Notes: a model not told the origin generated them from the letters alone. Positions 1-13,272 are shown, numbered from the stretch's first letter. The stretch is DNA of 64,000 bases from Chiloscyllium plagiosum (GCF_004010195.1 NC_057719.1:80178709-80242708); one strand, 5' to 3'. Numbers and translations are program-made.

Positions 1-1404
1 GAAAAGGGTAACTAAATTCAGTTTAGAATGCATCAATGTAAATGGATAAAGTATGATAAATAGCTGCAGGAGCAGACAAGTCCTGGCTCTATACAGGGCA
101 GCACTGGGTACTAAATCTTTGGAGTGGGTTGCAGTGTTGATTAAGATAAATATTCCAATTGGGAAAAGACGAGATGCCCTGAAGGGATAGAAGCCTCACT
201 ATAAATCCTGCTGCACACACCAGAAAGGCATCAGAAATAGTAGCACATATGCACTTGGTCCACAGTGCAGCTGCTGGTTACATGCTCCCAAAGGACATTA
301 AAATAAGGGGGCCTGGCACATTTGTATGTTACAGTGTTGGATTGTCAATATCAAGTTGCCATCCGACTTGTGGGCGAATATGCACCAGCTGATATTCATT
401 GCCTTATCAGAGATTTTCTGACGAGTCACTCCATTCCTTTCCAACAATCACTTGATAGCCCACAGCTTGTCACTCCTGAAAAGTAACACCAGGCAACAAT
501 GCAGACATCAAACACAGAATCATACACTTTCTACTGCTCACAAAGAAAACTGCTCCATTGCTGCAATTTTAGACCATAAGACCTAGGAGTGGAAGTAAGG
601 CCATTTGGCCCATCGATTCCACTCAGCCATTCAATCATAGCTGATGGGCATTTCAATTCGATTTACCTGCACTCTCCCCATAGCCCTTTTGAACCGTTCC
701 GTTCAGGTTCTGACTTTGTGCAGGCACTTCCTGCGTGGTTAGGGTTAAAAAAAAATCCAGGTACCACCAAACCACTTGGGGACCACAGCAGGCCACGAAC
801 TAGCAAGAGAGATAGAGAGGAACAGATTTCCGGGGAAATTACAGAGACGTGCAAGAGCTACAGAGAAGTGATAATAGGAAGTTTTAATGTTCCTAATATG
901 GACTGGAATATTAATAGTCTGAAGGGTAGAGATGGGGAAGAGCATGTGGAGTGTGTTTAGTACCATTTTCTTGATCTGTATGGGCAGACGTTTTACTGTC
1001 TTACATTGACAGATTTTTAGACTGAGTTGGGGGCGGGTGGGGTCAAGGTCGGGGTGTGCATGCCTGTACAATTCTGCATAATCTACCCACTGTTTTCCCA
1101 CCTCATCTCGACTTGTGAGCAAAGAGGAAGGTGAGGCCTTGGGTGGCCTGTCCATGCCTGCCTAAACATAAGCTCTTTAACGGGTGATTAATTAATGACA
1201 ACTTGACATTCATTTCCTGCCAAGCCTCAATTTTGAGATCTTTCATTTGTTGCTCAATTTTGATAAGTTTTGTTAATGTTTTGTCTTTAGGCAGGAGATA
1301 CCTTTTCGCTTACAGATAAATAGAATTACCATTACACCATTTGTTAAATACTGTCAGGCCACCAACTAGTGGGAAAGGTATTTTGAGTAGCTTGAAAATT
1401 TTGA

Positions 1405-1903
1405 GCAGGCTAGGAATACTGTGACAAACAACTCACCTCCTCACTTCCTCAAGCCTGTCCACCATCTGCAAGGCACAAGTCAGGAGTGTGATGGAATACT
1501 CCCCACTTGCCTGGATGGGTGCAGCTCCAAGAACACTCAGGAAGTTTGACACCATCCAGGACAAAGCAGCACGCTTGATTGACACCACATCCACAAGCAT
1601 CCACTCCCCCCACCACCGACGCTCAGTAGCAGCAGTGTACGCTATCTACAAGATGCACTGTGGAAATTCACCAAAGATCCTTAGACAGCATCTTCCAAAC
1701 CCACGACCACTTCCATCTAGAAGGACATGGGCAGCAGATACATGGGAATACCACTACCTCTAAGTTCTCCTCCAAGCCACTCACCATCCTGACTTAGAAA
1801 TATATCGGCATTCCTTCACTATCACTGGGTCAAAATCCAGGATTCCCTCCCTGAGGATTTTGTGGGTTAACTTACAAGATGTGAACTGCACTAGTTCAAG
1901 AAG
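1405..1903 (+). mobile_element. CR1/L2-group LINE (family B) 3' fragment; tail resumes at about 4139-4200
   Basis: KAQVRSVMEYSPLAWMGAAP.TL.KFDTIQDKAARLI post-RT motif; same family at 13520-13930 and 45700-46960. Confidence 0.75.
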
Positions 1904-2572
1904 TATTTGGAAAGGCAAAGACTGATTAGGGATAGTCAACATGGCTGTGTGCATGGGAAATCATGTCTCACAAACTTAATTGAGTTTTTTGAAGAAGTAA
2001 CAGGGGACTGATGAGGACAGACCAGTAGACGGGATCTATATGGACTTCCATAAGGAATTCGACAAGGTTCCTCATGGTAGACTGGTTAGCAAGGTTAGAT
2101 CTCACAGAATACAGGGAGAACTAGCCATTTGGATACAGAACTGGCTCAAAGGTAGCAGACAGAGGGTGGTGGTGGAGGGTTGTTTTTCAGACTGGAGGCC
2201 TGTGACACAAGGATGGTGCTGGGTCCACTGCTTTTTGTCATTTATGTAAATGATTTGGATGTGAGCATAAGAGGTATAGTTAGTAAATTTGCAGATGACA
2301 ATAAAACTGAAGGTGTACAGTGAAGAGGGTTACCTCAGATTACAACGGGATCTTGTTCAGATGGACCAATGGGCTGAGGAGTGGCAGATGGAGTTTAATT
2401 CAGATAAATGTGAGGTGCTGCATTTTGGAAAAACAAATCTTAGCAGGACTTATACGCTTAATGGTAAGGTCCTAGGGAGTGTTGCTGAACAAAGAGACTT
2501 TGGAGTGTAGGTTCATAGCTCCTTGTAAGTAGAGTCGCAGGTAGATCGGATAGTGAAGAAGGTGTTTGGTAT

Positions 2573-3155
2573 TGTGAGAGGTGCTTGCGAAGGTTGTTGT
2601 TTCTGTAAATATCACAAGGCTGAGTCATTGGGGGGCATTATATGTTAAGCTAGGTATGCTTGCACAAACAATTACAAGTAGCTGCATCTTGCTTCTGCAA
2701 AACTCGCAAGGCGGAATCACAAAGGTGTAGACCAAGGAATAACTAAACGAAAAGGGAGGTGGTCGACTGGTAGAGGCAGATGTATTGACATGACAGTTGC
2801 AATTGTCACGCACATAGGGAGTTAGTATGAACAAGATAACCAAATAAGACCCAGTGTTGCATCAGCAAAAGTAATAAGACCCAGCTGTCAAGGGGGGGGT
2901 TTGCACGCCAACAACAGGCCACAGACAGATGTGGCAAGCTGATTAGATTAGCAGCTGCACAGAGCAATACAACTATCAGATATGAAGTAAAAGGGGAGTA
3001 ACGAGAGACTCAACTGAACTGTATAAATTGTAATGTAACCTCCTGATCGATGTGCTTACTTTGTGGTCACCCAGCTTGCAAGACCGTATGAATAAAGACT
3101 ACTTCAGAATTTGACTCGGACTGAAATTATCAAACAGTGTGCTTCGTTTCTCACA
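2573..3155 (+). mobile_element. Solo LTR (about 583 bp) inserted in CR1
   Basis: TGTGAGA...TCTCACA inverted termini (TG...CA), 4-bp flanks gtat/atat, internal AATAAA near 3091; CR1 sequence is continuous on either side. Confidence 0.75.
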
Positions 3156-3507
3156 ATATGCTATCCTTTATTGGTCAGAGTATTGAGTACAGGAGTTGGG
3201 AGGTCATGTTGCGGCTGCACAGGACATTGGTTAGGCCACTGTTGGAATATTATATGCAATTCTGGTCTCCTTCCTATCAGAAAGATGTTGTGAAACTTGA
3301 AAGGGTTCAGAAAATGTCTACAAGGATGTTGCCAGGGTTGGAGGATTTGAGCTACAGGGAGAGGTTGAATAGGCTAGGGATGTTTTCCTTGGAGTGTCTG
3401 AGGCTGAGGGGTGACCTTATAGATGTTTATAAAATCATGAGGAGCCTGGATAGGGTGAATAGACAATGTGTTTTCCTCGGGTTGGGGGAGTCCAGAATGA
3501 GACGGCA

Positions 3508-3855
3508 TAGATTAGATTTTTAGATTAGATTAGATTACTTACAGTGTGGAAACAGGCCCTTCGGCCTAACAAGTCCACACCGACCCGCCGAAGCGCAACC
3601 CACCCACCGAAGCGCAACCCACTCATACCCCTACATTTACCCCTTACCTAACACTACGGGCAATTTAGCATGGCCAATTCACCTGATCTGCACATCTTTG
3701 GACTGTGGGAGGAAACCGGAGCACCCGGAGGAAACCCACGCAGACACGGGGAGAACGTGCAAACTCCACACAGTCAGTCGCCTGAGTCGGGAATTGAAGA
3801 CGGGTCTCTAGTGCTGTGAGGCAGCAGTGCTAACCACTGTGCCACCGTGCCGCCC
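3508..3855 (-). mobile_element. HE1-type V-SINE (tRNA-derived), near full length
   Basis: Reverse complement of gggcggcacggtggcacagtggttagcactgctgcctcacag...gggtttcctccgggtgctccggtttcctcccacagtccaaaga...ctaatctaatct. Confidence 0.9.
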
Positions 3856-5539
3856 ACATAGGTTTAGGGTGAGAGGGGAAAGATATGAAAGAGACCCAAG
3901 GGGCAACCTTTTCATGCAGAGGGTGGTGCGTGTGTGGATTGAGCTGCCAGAGGAAGTGGTGAAGGCTAGTACAATTGCAGCATTTAAAAGGTGGATGGGT
4001 ATATGAATAGGAAGGGTTTGGAGGGATATGGGCCGGGTGCTGACAGGTGGGACTAGATTGGGTTGGGATATCTGGTCGGCATGGACGAGTTGGGCCAAAG
4101 GGTCTGTTTCTGTGCTGTACATCTCTATGACTCTAAGACAGCTCACCCTTCTCAAGGGCAACTTGAGATGGGCAATGAATGCTAGCCCAGCCACATAATG
4201 TGTAAAAACAATGAGTAAGTCGGGATGGGGGAGGGAGGGGTGAGGTTGATAATTGGTACAGCAGAGAAACCCAGAAGGATACCGTGCTTGAGCTTTGTGA
4301 AGGAGAGAGGAGTGTGCCTTCCTCAATGGCTTCCTTTCCCTATTGCCTAACTCCCTCACCAAAGTCTTCCCCAGTGCATGTGTGTGTGTATGTATGTGTA
4401 TGCGTGCTTCTTCCTCCATCATGACCCCAGCCCCTCCAGGCCTGGTATGAGACCACCAGTACCTGCCTGGTGCTTGATCTGGAATTTTAAGTTGGGGACT
4501 GCATACTGTCCTAGTCATGGGCACTGCTGTCACCAGCACCACCGCAACATAGAGAAGTCATCCTGTAAAGTCGGCATCCAACCAAGTGAAGAGCAGAAAT
4601 CCCATCTCCCACTAGTTGCCTCTTGCTGTGACTGTAGTGCAGCTGATATTGGTGGAGATGAGTTCCTACTGAATCTTCAGAGAGCTGGGTGGGAAACCCT
4701 GCCTTTCAATAAGTCCTGTCCCATGTCTGTGGCTTAGGGAGCCAGGAAGTTTTGCTGGATCTGGTTTTGAGTACTGGTTTGGTCAATGCATCAAATGTCC
4801 CAGGGAAATATGCAGCCAACCGTGATCATAATGTCATAAGCTTTTGATTAGCTGTGGAAATGGAAAGAAAAAGCAAGCCAAGGGAAGTATTTCATTGGAA
4901 CAGGAACAATCGTAGTGGATTGAGAATGGACATATCCCACATAAATTAGAATCAAAGACGGGCAGGGAAAATTATAACTGGAAAATGGGCTGTCTTTAAA
5001 GAAATATGTTTGAGGTAAAATCAAGGTACATTCCCACAACCTGGAAAGGTAGGGCATCCAAAGTCAGATCTCCCTGAATGCCCAAGGGATAGAACATATA
5101 ATGAAGCAGAAAATAGGGACAAAAATGACATTGTCTGGTTAATAATACGAATGACAACTGACTCAATATCGAACATTCAAAGGTGAAATGTGAAATTAAA
5201 TCAAAGAGGCAAAGAGAGAGTGAGAGATGATGCTCTTAGTTAACATAAAAAGGCAATCTAAATGTTTCTACAGGCATATAAATAGTAAAAGAATGGCAAG
5301 ATGAATGATGAAGCTGATTAGGGGCAAAAAGGGGACCTACACATGGAGTCAGAGTACATGGCTGAGGTACAAACTGAACACTTTGTTTCTGTCTTTAACA
5401 AGGAAGAATATGCCACCTCAGTCATTGCAAAAGAGAAGACAAGTGAGGTATCAGGTGCACTAAAAATTGATACAGTGGAGGTGCTAAAATATTTGGCTCG
5501 ATCTAAAGTTAATAAGCACCAGAATTGGATAAGCACCAG

Positions 5540-6035
5540 GATAAAATATTTTTATAGGTGCGCCATCGAGAGCATTCTGTCTGGATGTATCACTACCTGG
5601 CATGGCAACTGTACTATTCAAGATCAGAGATGGTTACAGAGAGTGGTGAACTTGGCCCAGACAATCACAAAGGCCAACCTCCCATCTATAGAATCCATCT
5701 ACCAGGCCCGCTGTCAAGGAAAGGCCGCCAGCATTCTTAAAGATCCATCCCACCCTGGCAATATTTTTCTACAACCTCTATCACTGGGGAGAAGGTACAG
5801 AAGCCTGAACACATGCACCAGCCGGTTTTGAAACAGTTTTAACCCTACTGTTGTTAGAATACTGAATGGACTCACAAACTCTTAACATTCGCCTGTGTTT
5901 TTGTTTTTGCTGCTGTTTACCTATTTATTTACTTATCTATGCTACTTAACTCTGTGATCTGCCTGTATTGCTTGCAAGACAAAGCTTTTCACTGTCCCTC
6001 GGTACACGTGACAGTAAATTCAATTCATTCATTCA
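5540..6035 (+). mobile_element. Rex1/Babar-type LINE 3' fragment
   Basis: FYRCAIESILSGCITTWHGNC..QD..LQRVV..A..I...LPSIESIY..RC..KA.SILKDPSHP....QPL..GRRYRS; (ATTC)n tail. Confidence 0.75.
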
Positions 6036-6511
6036 TGCATATGAGGATGCTCAGGGAAGTAAGAGTGGAAATTATTCAGGTGCTGGCCACAATATTTCTA
6101 TCCTCTTTAGATGTGGTAGTGGTTTCAGCGACTGGAGAATTGTAAATATTATACCCTTGCTCAAAAGAAGGTGCAAGGATAAACCCAGCAACCACAGCTT
6201 AACCTTGCTGGTCGGAAAAGGTTTAGAATCAATTATGTGTGACAAAATTGATCATTGTTTGAACAATAGCACATTAATTAAGGAAAGAAAGCAAGTATTT
6301 CCTAAAGGCAAATTGAATAGATCTTTCTGATGATATATCAGAGAGGGTTGGTGAAGTTAATGTGACTGACATAGTATAAATGGACTCTCAAAAGTTGTTT
6401 GATAAAGTGGCAGAGAATAAGATTGTCAGCAAGGCCATGGAATAAATGAAAGTGGCTAAGTGACAGGAAACAGAGTGTAGTGATGAGCAGTTTATTTCAG
6501 AATCAGGTAGA

Positions 6512-6765
6512 GGGGCACAGTGGCTCAATGGTTAGCCCTGCTGCCTCTCAACAACAGGGTTTGATCCCAGCCTCAGGTGACTGTGGGGAGTTTGCACTTT
6601 CTCTCTGTGTGTCTACAATGGTTTTCTCCTGCAGTCCAACGATGTGCAGGCTAGATGGATACATGGTTACAGGAATAGAGGTTGGTGGGTCTGGATGGGA
6701 TGCTCCTCGGAGGGTCGATGTGGATTCGATGGGCCGAATGGGATTTTCATTTACAGTGGATTTTC
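6512..6765 (+). mobile_element. Diverged HE1-like SINE
   Basis: gggcacagtggctcaatggttagc...gtggattcgatgggccgaatgg. Confidence 0.7.
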
Positions 6766-8474
6766 TAGGCTGATTAGTATGAGGACTACTGCTTTTCTTG
6801 AACTTACTAGATTTGTGTGTGCAGAACCATCTAACAGGTTTGTCAGCCAAGTCCAATCTGGGAATAAAAGGGACTGTGGTAGGAGGGATACAAATTTGAC
6901 TGGATGGCAAGATGTAGAAAGAAAATGTATTTTTTGGATTTGCGGTACATGTACAGTTGGATTAACTAGGGATAAGTGCGAGAATTACTGAAGATGTTCA
7001 AGGTGTGGATGTGGAACTTGCTACGTTCTTCTTGTAGGGAGCTGGTATGGACTTAACAGGCTGAATGGCCTAAGGTTTTGATGTAACTAATCTAAAATTC
7101 TATGATTTTAACCACAAAGTCAGAGTGCATAGACTAGGCTTGTACTCTCTGAAATAAAGATGATTAATGTATAATGGATTTCAGGTATTCAAAGTGCTTG
7201 ATGAAATTGATAAGGTAGGTTGAAATAAACTATTTTGTCTACAATGTAGAACAAGGGGCTTATCCTGAAAATTAGAGACAAGCCATTCAGAGACAATCTA
7301 AGAGAAAACTTCTTCCATAAAATGGGTCATGGAAATCTGAAACTCTCTCTGCCAGAAAAAGGTATTGAGGTTGGAGGAAGAGGGAATCAATTTAACAATT
7401 CGCAACAAAGATGTTTTGTTGGGCAAGGATATTAAAAATGTTGAAACCAAGGCGGCTAATTGGAGTAAGATACAGATCAGTCATGAACCAACTCAATGTC
7501 GCAACAGGCTGCACCTCATCCTATATTTAGACATGACCCGCCTTTCACAATTGTGTACTGACTCTCTCAAGCTCCATCTTGACAATTGCTCAGTCACTCT
7601 GTCCTTGGCAACAGATTCTGATAATTTCTACCACAACTGATAGCTCTGTCTCTACTAGATTTTTTTCTATCCTTTGTCCCATCTTACACAAGAGTGACAT
7701 TTGCAAATTTCTACTGCAAAGGCACAATTCTGTATCTGAAGAAGAAAAGGGAAAGGAATAGTAACATTGAAAAACAAGATGATCTATAGTGAGTAGACCT
7801 GAGTGCTGTGTTCTAATAAGAGGCTTATTCAGCATAAACATTAGCACTGTCTCTCTCACTGCAGATGCTTCCTGATCTGTTGAGCTTTTCCAGATTTGTT
7901 CTTATTTCATACATTCAGTGTCTGCAGTATTTTGCTCTTGTCAAGATACTCTTAATCAGATATATCCCAAAATCATTCAGGTTTATTGTCTCACCATAAT
8001 GCAGAATGCCAGTCTGTACATCATTGGTTGTAAAACATTCTTTGGTGTTTCTCCTGATGTGCCTATTTGGGGCGTATCCCTAACTGAATAGCAAAGGCAT
8101 GCAGTCTCTTACCAGCCTGTCCTGTTCTCTTTATTTAGGTCATCTATAGCCTTTCGGTAATCTCCTCAGACCTGTTTTGTTACCACTGCATCATGGCCCA
8201 TCCCAAAAATAAATACTCCCCGTGCTAATCGAGTAACAAACGACAATGACTGTGACTGTCAGGATTTGGTGTGGACTCCCATGGCTTGGAAGCAGACAAC
8301 TAGGTGTGGAAACAGTGGTGGGGGAGGGGGGAAAGGAATATTTCTGTAAATGCGATTGGAAGGGAGAATCAAGTGGGGAAGTGGTGGAGCAGGAATGGCA
8401 GGAGTTTTGGGGTTAATTCTTGAGGCACAGTAGACACTCATCGCAAAGATGAAGAAATATGCCAAAAGGAAAAT

Positions 8475-8562
8475 GAGGGCTTATGCCCGAAATGTCGATT
8501 CTCCTGCTCCTTGGATGCTGCCTGACCTGCTGTGCTTTTCCAGCAACACGTTTTTCAGCTCT
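8475..8562 (+). mobile_element. PLE pseudo-LTR fragment (family A), starting inside the hammerhead motif
   Basis: gggcttatgcccgaaatgtcgattctcctg...; flanked by aaaaggaaaat at 8464-8474 and 8563-8573. Confidence 0.75.
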
Positions 8563-9730
8563 AAAAGGAAAATAAGGCAATCATGGCTGACAAGGGAAGT
8601 CAGGGTAGCGTGAAAGGAAAATAATAAAAACATACAATGTGGTAAATATTAGTGGGAAGCCAGAGGAATGGGAAACCTTTAAATATCAGCAGAGGATAAC
8701 AACAAAAGCAATAATGGAGAAGGTGAAATATGAGGGTAGACCAACTAGAATTATGAAAGAAGATTGCATGAGTTTTTTTTAGATATTTAAAAAGAAAGTG
8801 TGGACATTAGAACACTGGAAAATGAGACTCAGCCTCTGTGTGAAGGAACCGAGATGAGGAGGGATTTCCTCAGCCAGAGGATGGTGATTCTGTGGAACTC
8901 ATTGCTACAGAATGCTGTGGAGGCCAAGATCGATTCTTGGTTAGTAAGGGGATCATTGGGTACAGGGAGAAGACAGGAGACTGGGGTTAAGAAACTTATT
9001 AGCTGTGATTGAATGGCAAAGCAGACTCAATGGACCAAATTGTTTAATTCTGCTCCTGCATCTTATGGTCTAATAACAAACATGTTGACCATTTACATTC
9101 CATTCAGCGACTCCAATTTCAAACAAATATAGTCTTCATGATTCATTTTTCAGAGAAATTGCATCTATCATTTTGGTGCCTTAATGTGTGCATGTGTGGA
9201 GGAATTGTGAAGAGTTGGGGAATGTAAGGTGATGGGGAACAAAGATGCCTTGATTAAGATATAATTTTATCCAAAACCTTGCTTTGTGCAAATGCTACTT
9301 CAATAGAACTTTGCACATCAATAAATTAATGGGGCAGTAAATGTCAGCATGTCCCAGTTCATAACTCTCTGACTTACAAGTCCCAGTCCACTGGTATTAA
9401 CCCTGAATATAGCTTCAAATTCACATTACAGTACTGAGGTGTGCTGCAATATTGGAGGGGTCATTTTTTCAGGTACGGTATTAAAAGTATATTAAACATA
9501 TATCAAGAACTGCAGATGTTGTAAGTCAGAAACAAAAACAGAAGTTGCTGGAAAAGCTCAATAGGTTTTGCAGCATCTATGAAGAGAAATCAAAGTTAAC
9601 ATTTCTGGTCTGGTGACCCCTCCTCAGGACTGATGGCAGCTAGGAAAATGTCAGTTTATATGCAGAAGATATGGTGAGGGTAGAGGGTAAAGAGTAAACA
9701 ATAGGTGGGGATAGAGCCTAAAGAGAGAGA

Positions 9731-10037
9731 ACAGTGGCACAGTGGTTAGCACTGCTGCCTCACAGCGCCAGAGATCCGGGTTCAATTCCCGCCTCAGGCG
9801 ACTGACTGTGTGGAGTTTGCACGTTCTCCCCGTGTCTGCGTGGGTTTCCTCCGGGTGCTCCGGTTTCCTCCCACAGTCCAAAGATATGCAGGGCCAGGTG
9901 AATTGGCCCTACTAAAATTGCCCGTAGTGTTAGGTAAGGGGTAAATGTAGGGGTATGGGTGGGTTTCGCTTCGGCGGGTCGGTGTGGACTTGTTGGGCCG
10001 AAGGGCCTGTTTCCACACTATAATGTAATCTAATCTA
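9731..10037 (+). mobile_element. HE1-type V-SINE nested in the PLE
   Basis: Near-identical to other HE1 copies; ctaatcta tail. Confidence 0.9.
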
Positions 10038-10720
10038 AAAAAATCAGTTGGACAGACAAAGGAGTGAATAACAATCTGACGAGGTGAGTGAATAATTGTT
10101 AATGGAGACTGTTAGTGGCTAACAATAGGTATATAAAGGCAGACTATGTGACATAAAGGCAGACTATGTGACAACAAGGCCTGGTGTGTGAAGGTGGCGT
10201 ATGGACATTGGAAAGTTCATGCCCTAAAGTTATTGCATTCAATATTGAGTCCAGAAGGCTGCTAGTTCTCCAAGTGGAAAATGAGATGCTGTTCTTCCAG
10301 CTTGCACTGAGCTTCGCTGGAACACTGCAGGAAGCCTGAGACAGAGATGCTGGCCAAGGAACAGGATGGTATGTTGAAGTGGCAGGCAACTGGAAGCTTG
10401 GGAATATTTTTGCAAGCAGAACGTGTGTGTCCTGTGAATCGGTCACCCAGTCTATCCTTCATTTCCCCAATGTAGAGCAGCAAATGCCATAGACTCGATC
10501 CATCAAATCTTGTTATCACGTAGTCTGCCATTACACACTCAGTGTTAGCCACTCACAGTCTCCATTAACAACTATTCACCCTCCTAGCCAGATCATTATC
10601 CACTCCTTTGTAGGTCCAACTGTTTTCACTCTCTGACTCTAACCCCACCTATTGTTTACACCTTACACCCTCCCCCCACTCTATCCTCTGCATATAAACT
10701 CACATTTTCCTCGTTACCAT

Positions 10721-10760
10721 CAGTTCTGAGGAAGGATCACTGGACCCGAAATGTTAACTC
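10721..10760 (+). ncRNA. Minimal hammerhead ribozyme-like motif (family B)
   Basis: agtt-CTGAGGA-a-ggatc-actg-gaccc-GAAATGTT-aact; stem I agtt/aact; C>T change in GAAAC. Confidence 0.55.
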
Positions 10761-11234
10761 TGATTTCTGTTCACAGATGCCGCCAGACTTACTGAGCTTT
10801 TCCAGCAATTTCTGTTTTTGTTGTTGTTAAAAATATATTGAATGGACAAAAGGTGTCCCATGTCATTATTATGGCGAACAGGACAGTTCATGGTGACCTG
10901 ACCAATATTTATCCCTTAACTTTCAACAGACTAACTTCATCTTATTATTCAACAAAACAAAAGGATGCTGAAAATCTGAAACAAAAAGAGAAACTGCTGG
11001 AAAACCTCAGCTGATCTGACAGCATCTGTGTAGAGAGAATCAGAATTAACATTTCAGGTCTAAAGAACCTGAAGAATTGTCTATGACAACTCACAATATA
11101 GTTACATTTCTGTCATTAGAGTAGCTTTTTATTCCAGATTTTTATTGATTTCTAATGTCACTATCTGCCAAGATGGGATCTGAACCCACTTTCCCAGAAC
11201 TAGGGTTCTGGATGACTAGCCCAGTGACATTAGC

Positions 11235-11620
11235 TTTTTTTTATTTCAAAAATATACTTTATTCATAAAAATACCTTCATATACATACATAGTCACAATC
11301 GCAGTTTGGTTCTGTACAGTAACATATGAACAAATAAACATTGGAGTGTGACTTTATCCTGCAAACAAACCCAAGGCATTTCTTACTTGTACAAGACTAT
11401 ATTTACATATATTTGAGGTACCGGGAGGATCTGATAACTGAATGGACCCCCATTTAACTTTGGCAGAAAGACTTCAGATGGTGGTCTTGCCCCACTGCGC
11501 CTTGGTGGCATTTACCTCAGAGCATAGTCCTGAACCTTGGAATGTGCCAGTCTGCAGCACTCAGTTGAGATCAACTCCTTGCTCTGGAAGACAGTCTCAG
11601 TGTGTGTCCCGGGGAACAAA
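11235..11620 (-). mobile_element. Tx1/L1-type LINE 3' end
   Basis: Poly-T tail followed by tttattcataaaa (AATAAA on minus); minus strand encodes ATKAQWGKT, resembling a Tx1 ORF2 end. Confidence 0.55.
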
Positions 11621-12803
11621 CTGTAGATATTACCACCACTGCCACTCCTTGCAAATCGGCAGCCATGGTTCCTATACAGTACAAAACTTCAATTTACTGG
11701 TTGTAAAGGACTTGTGAGGTTGCGATAGCAGCGATTTTTGTTTGAGATTGGCACCATGGGTTACATTTGTTGCTCATCCATAATAGATAAATTAATTTAA
11801 TTTCCACCTTTTGTACAAGGTGTGTGGAGATTGAGTCAAGAGTGAAGTATTTAGATACCACAATTTGCCTATCACAAGCATATTCAAGCATAGCAAAAAA
11901 AGACAGGAGTTGTCTCTGTATGTTAAGAGCAAGGCACACTAAAACACAACGGCTTTAACTGTTACTCCGAATCAACAGGCCAGTTACTGCTGTTTAACCT
12001 GTACTATTCCTGCTGTTTGGTCATTCAGTAATGGCCTTCTGTCTACATGAATTCGATCCCACCTCAACGGGTTTGAGCAGATCCTCCAGACTGACACACC
12101 CAATGCAGTGCTGAGGGACTGCTGGAGATATCCAGCACTTGAATCGACAAACCTGCCCTTTCAGGTGGACTTCAAAGATCCTGCTGTCTACTCAAAAGAT
12201 TTTCCATAGGTACTTATCTTTCATCCCTATTCACTTAAAGACCGATGACTGGGCCATAATCTCATGTGTTTTGCACACGTGCCTTCATTGCTCAGACCAT
12301 TGAGTATTGGAGTTAGGACGTCACGTTGTGGTTGTACAGAATATTGGCGAGGCTACTTTTATAGTACTGTGTACAATTCTGGTTGCACTGTTATAGGAAG
12401 GATATTATTAAATTGGAGAGGCTTCAGAAAAGATTTACTAGGATGTTGCCAGGACAGGAGGGTTGGAGTCATTATGAGATGCTGCATAGGCTGGGACCTT
12501 TCTCACATGAGCATACGAAACTGAGGATTGACTTTATAGGGGCTTATAAATTTGTGAGGGGTGAAATCATGATAAGGTGAATAGCAAAGGTCTTTTCCCT
12601 AAGGCGGGGGAGTTCAAAACTAGGGTTGAGAGGAGAAAGATTTAGAAGGGACCTTTTCACACAGAGAGGCTGGACTCTCTGCGTTTATAGGTGGACTGAA
12701 CTGCCAGTGGAAGTGATAGATGAAGGTACAGTTACAACACTTAAAAGACATTTGGACGGGTACATAAATAGGAAAGGTTTAGAGGGATATGGGCTAAGTG
12801 CAG

Positions 12804-12894
12804 AGTCAAAAAGTGTGGCGCTGGAAAAGTACAGCAGGTCAGGCAACATCCGAGGAGCAGGAGGGTCAACATTTTGGACATAATCCCTTCATTA
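12804..12894 (-). mobile_element. PLE family A pLTR fragment with 13-bp TSD
   Basis: gggctaagtgcag (12791-12803) / gggctaaatgcag (12895-12907) flank a decayed copy ending at the hammerhead core. Confidence 0.7.
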
Positions 12895-12956
12895 GGGCTA
12901 AATGCAGCCAAGTGGGACTCGAAGCTTGACACAGCCAGAACAAAGCAGCCCACTTT

Positions 12957-13272
12957 GGGCGGCATGGTGGCACAGTGGTTAGCACTGCTGCCTCACAGCA
13001 CCAGAGACCTGGGTTCAATTCCCGCCTCAGGCGACTGTCTGTGTGGAGTTTGCACGTTCTCCCCGTGTCTGCGTGGGTTTCCTCCGGGTGCTCCGGTTTC
13101 CTCCCACAGTCCAAAGATGTGCAGGTCAGGTGAATTGGCCATGCTAAATTGCCCGTAGTGTTAGGTAAGGGGTAAATGTAGGGGCATGGGTGGGTTGCGC
13201 TTCGGCGGGGCGGTGTGGACTTGTTGGGCCGAAGGGCCTGTTTCCACACTGTAAGTAATCTAATCTAATCTA
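12957..13272 (+). mobile_element. HE1-type V-SINE, full length
   Basis: A/B-box tRNA head, V-domain, taatctaatct tail. Confidence 0.92.

Larger units (their letters stand above)
1904..4138 (+). mobile_element. CR1/HER1-like LINE, RT to 3' end, interrupted by a solo LTR and an HE1 SINE
   Basis: DFHKEFDKVPHGRL, FADD, QMEFNSDKCEVLHFG, LVRPLLEY..QFWSP, LRGDLIDVYKIM; 3' tail ctctatgactct. Confidence 0.9.
5100..7500 (+). mobile_element. Old, fragmented CR1 ORF2 remnants with nested insertions
   Basis: FVSVFNKE, DWRIVNIIPLLK..CKDKPSN, degenerate 3' end. Confidence 0.65.
9503..10825 (-). mobile_element. Penelope-like element (family B): GIY-YIG C-terminal fragment plus inverted pseudo-LTR at about 10500-10825
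   Basis: LLYIGEMKDRLGDRFTGH...LPVACHFN...CKLEEQHLIFHL (ORF 10262-10552); 9503-10130 is inverted-repeated at 10520-10825. Confidence 0.85.
9340..10930 (+). mobile_element. DeuSINE/SacSINE1-like element split by a PLE insertion
   Basis: cagtactgaggtgtgctgcaatattggagg...ttaaa, then resuming after the PLE as ...gacctgaccaatatttatccc, resembling the Deu domain. Confidence 0.55.

Noticed and set aside
10133..10172. 20-bp tandem duplication ataaaggcagactatgtgac
   Set aside because: Simple slippage inside a decayed PLE
12957..13030. tRNA-like A/B boxes as a tRNA gene
   Set aside because: They are the head of HE1 SINEs, continuing into the V-domain and LINE-derived tail
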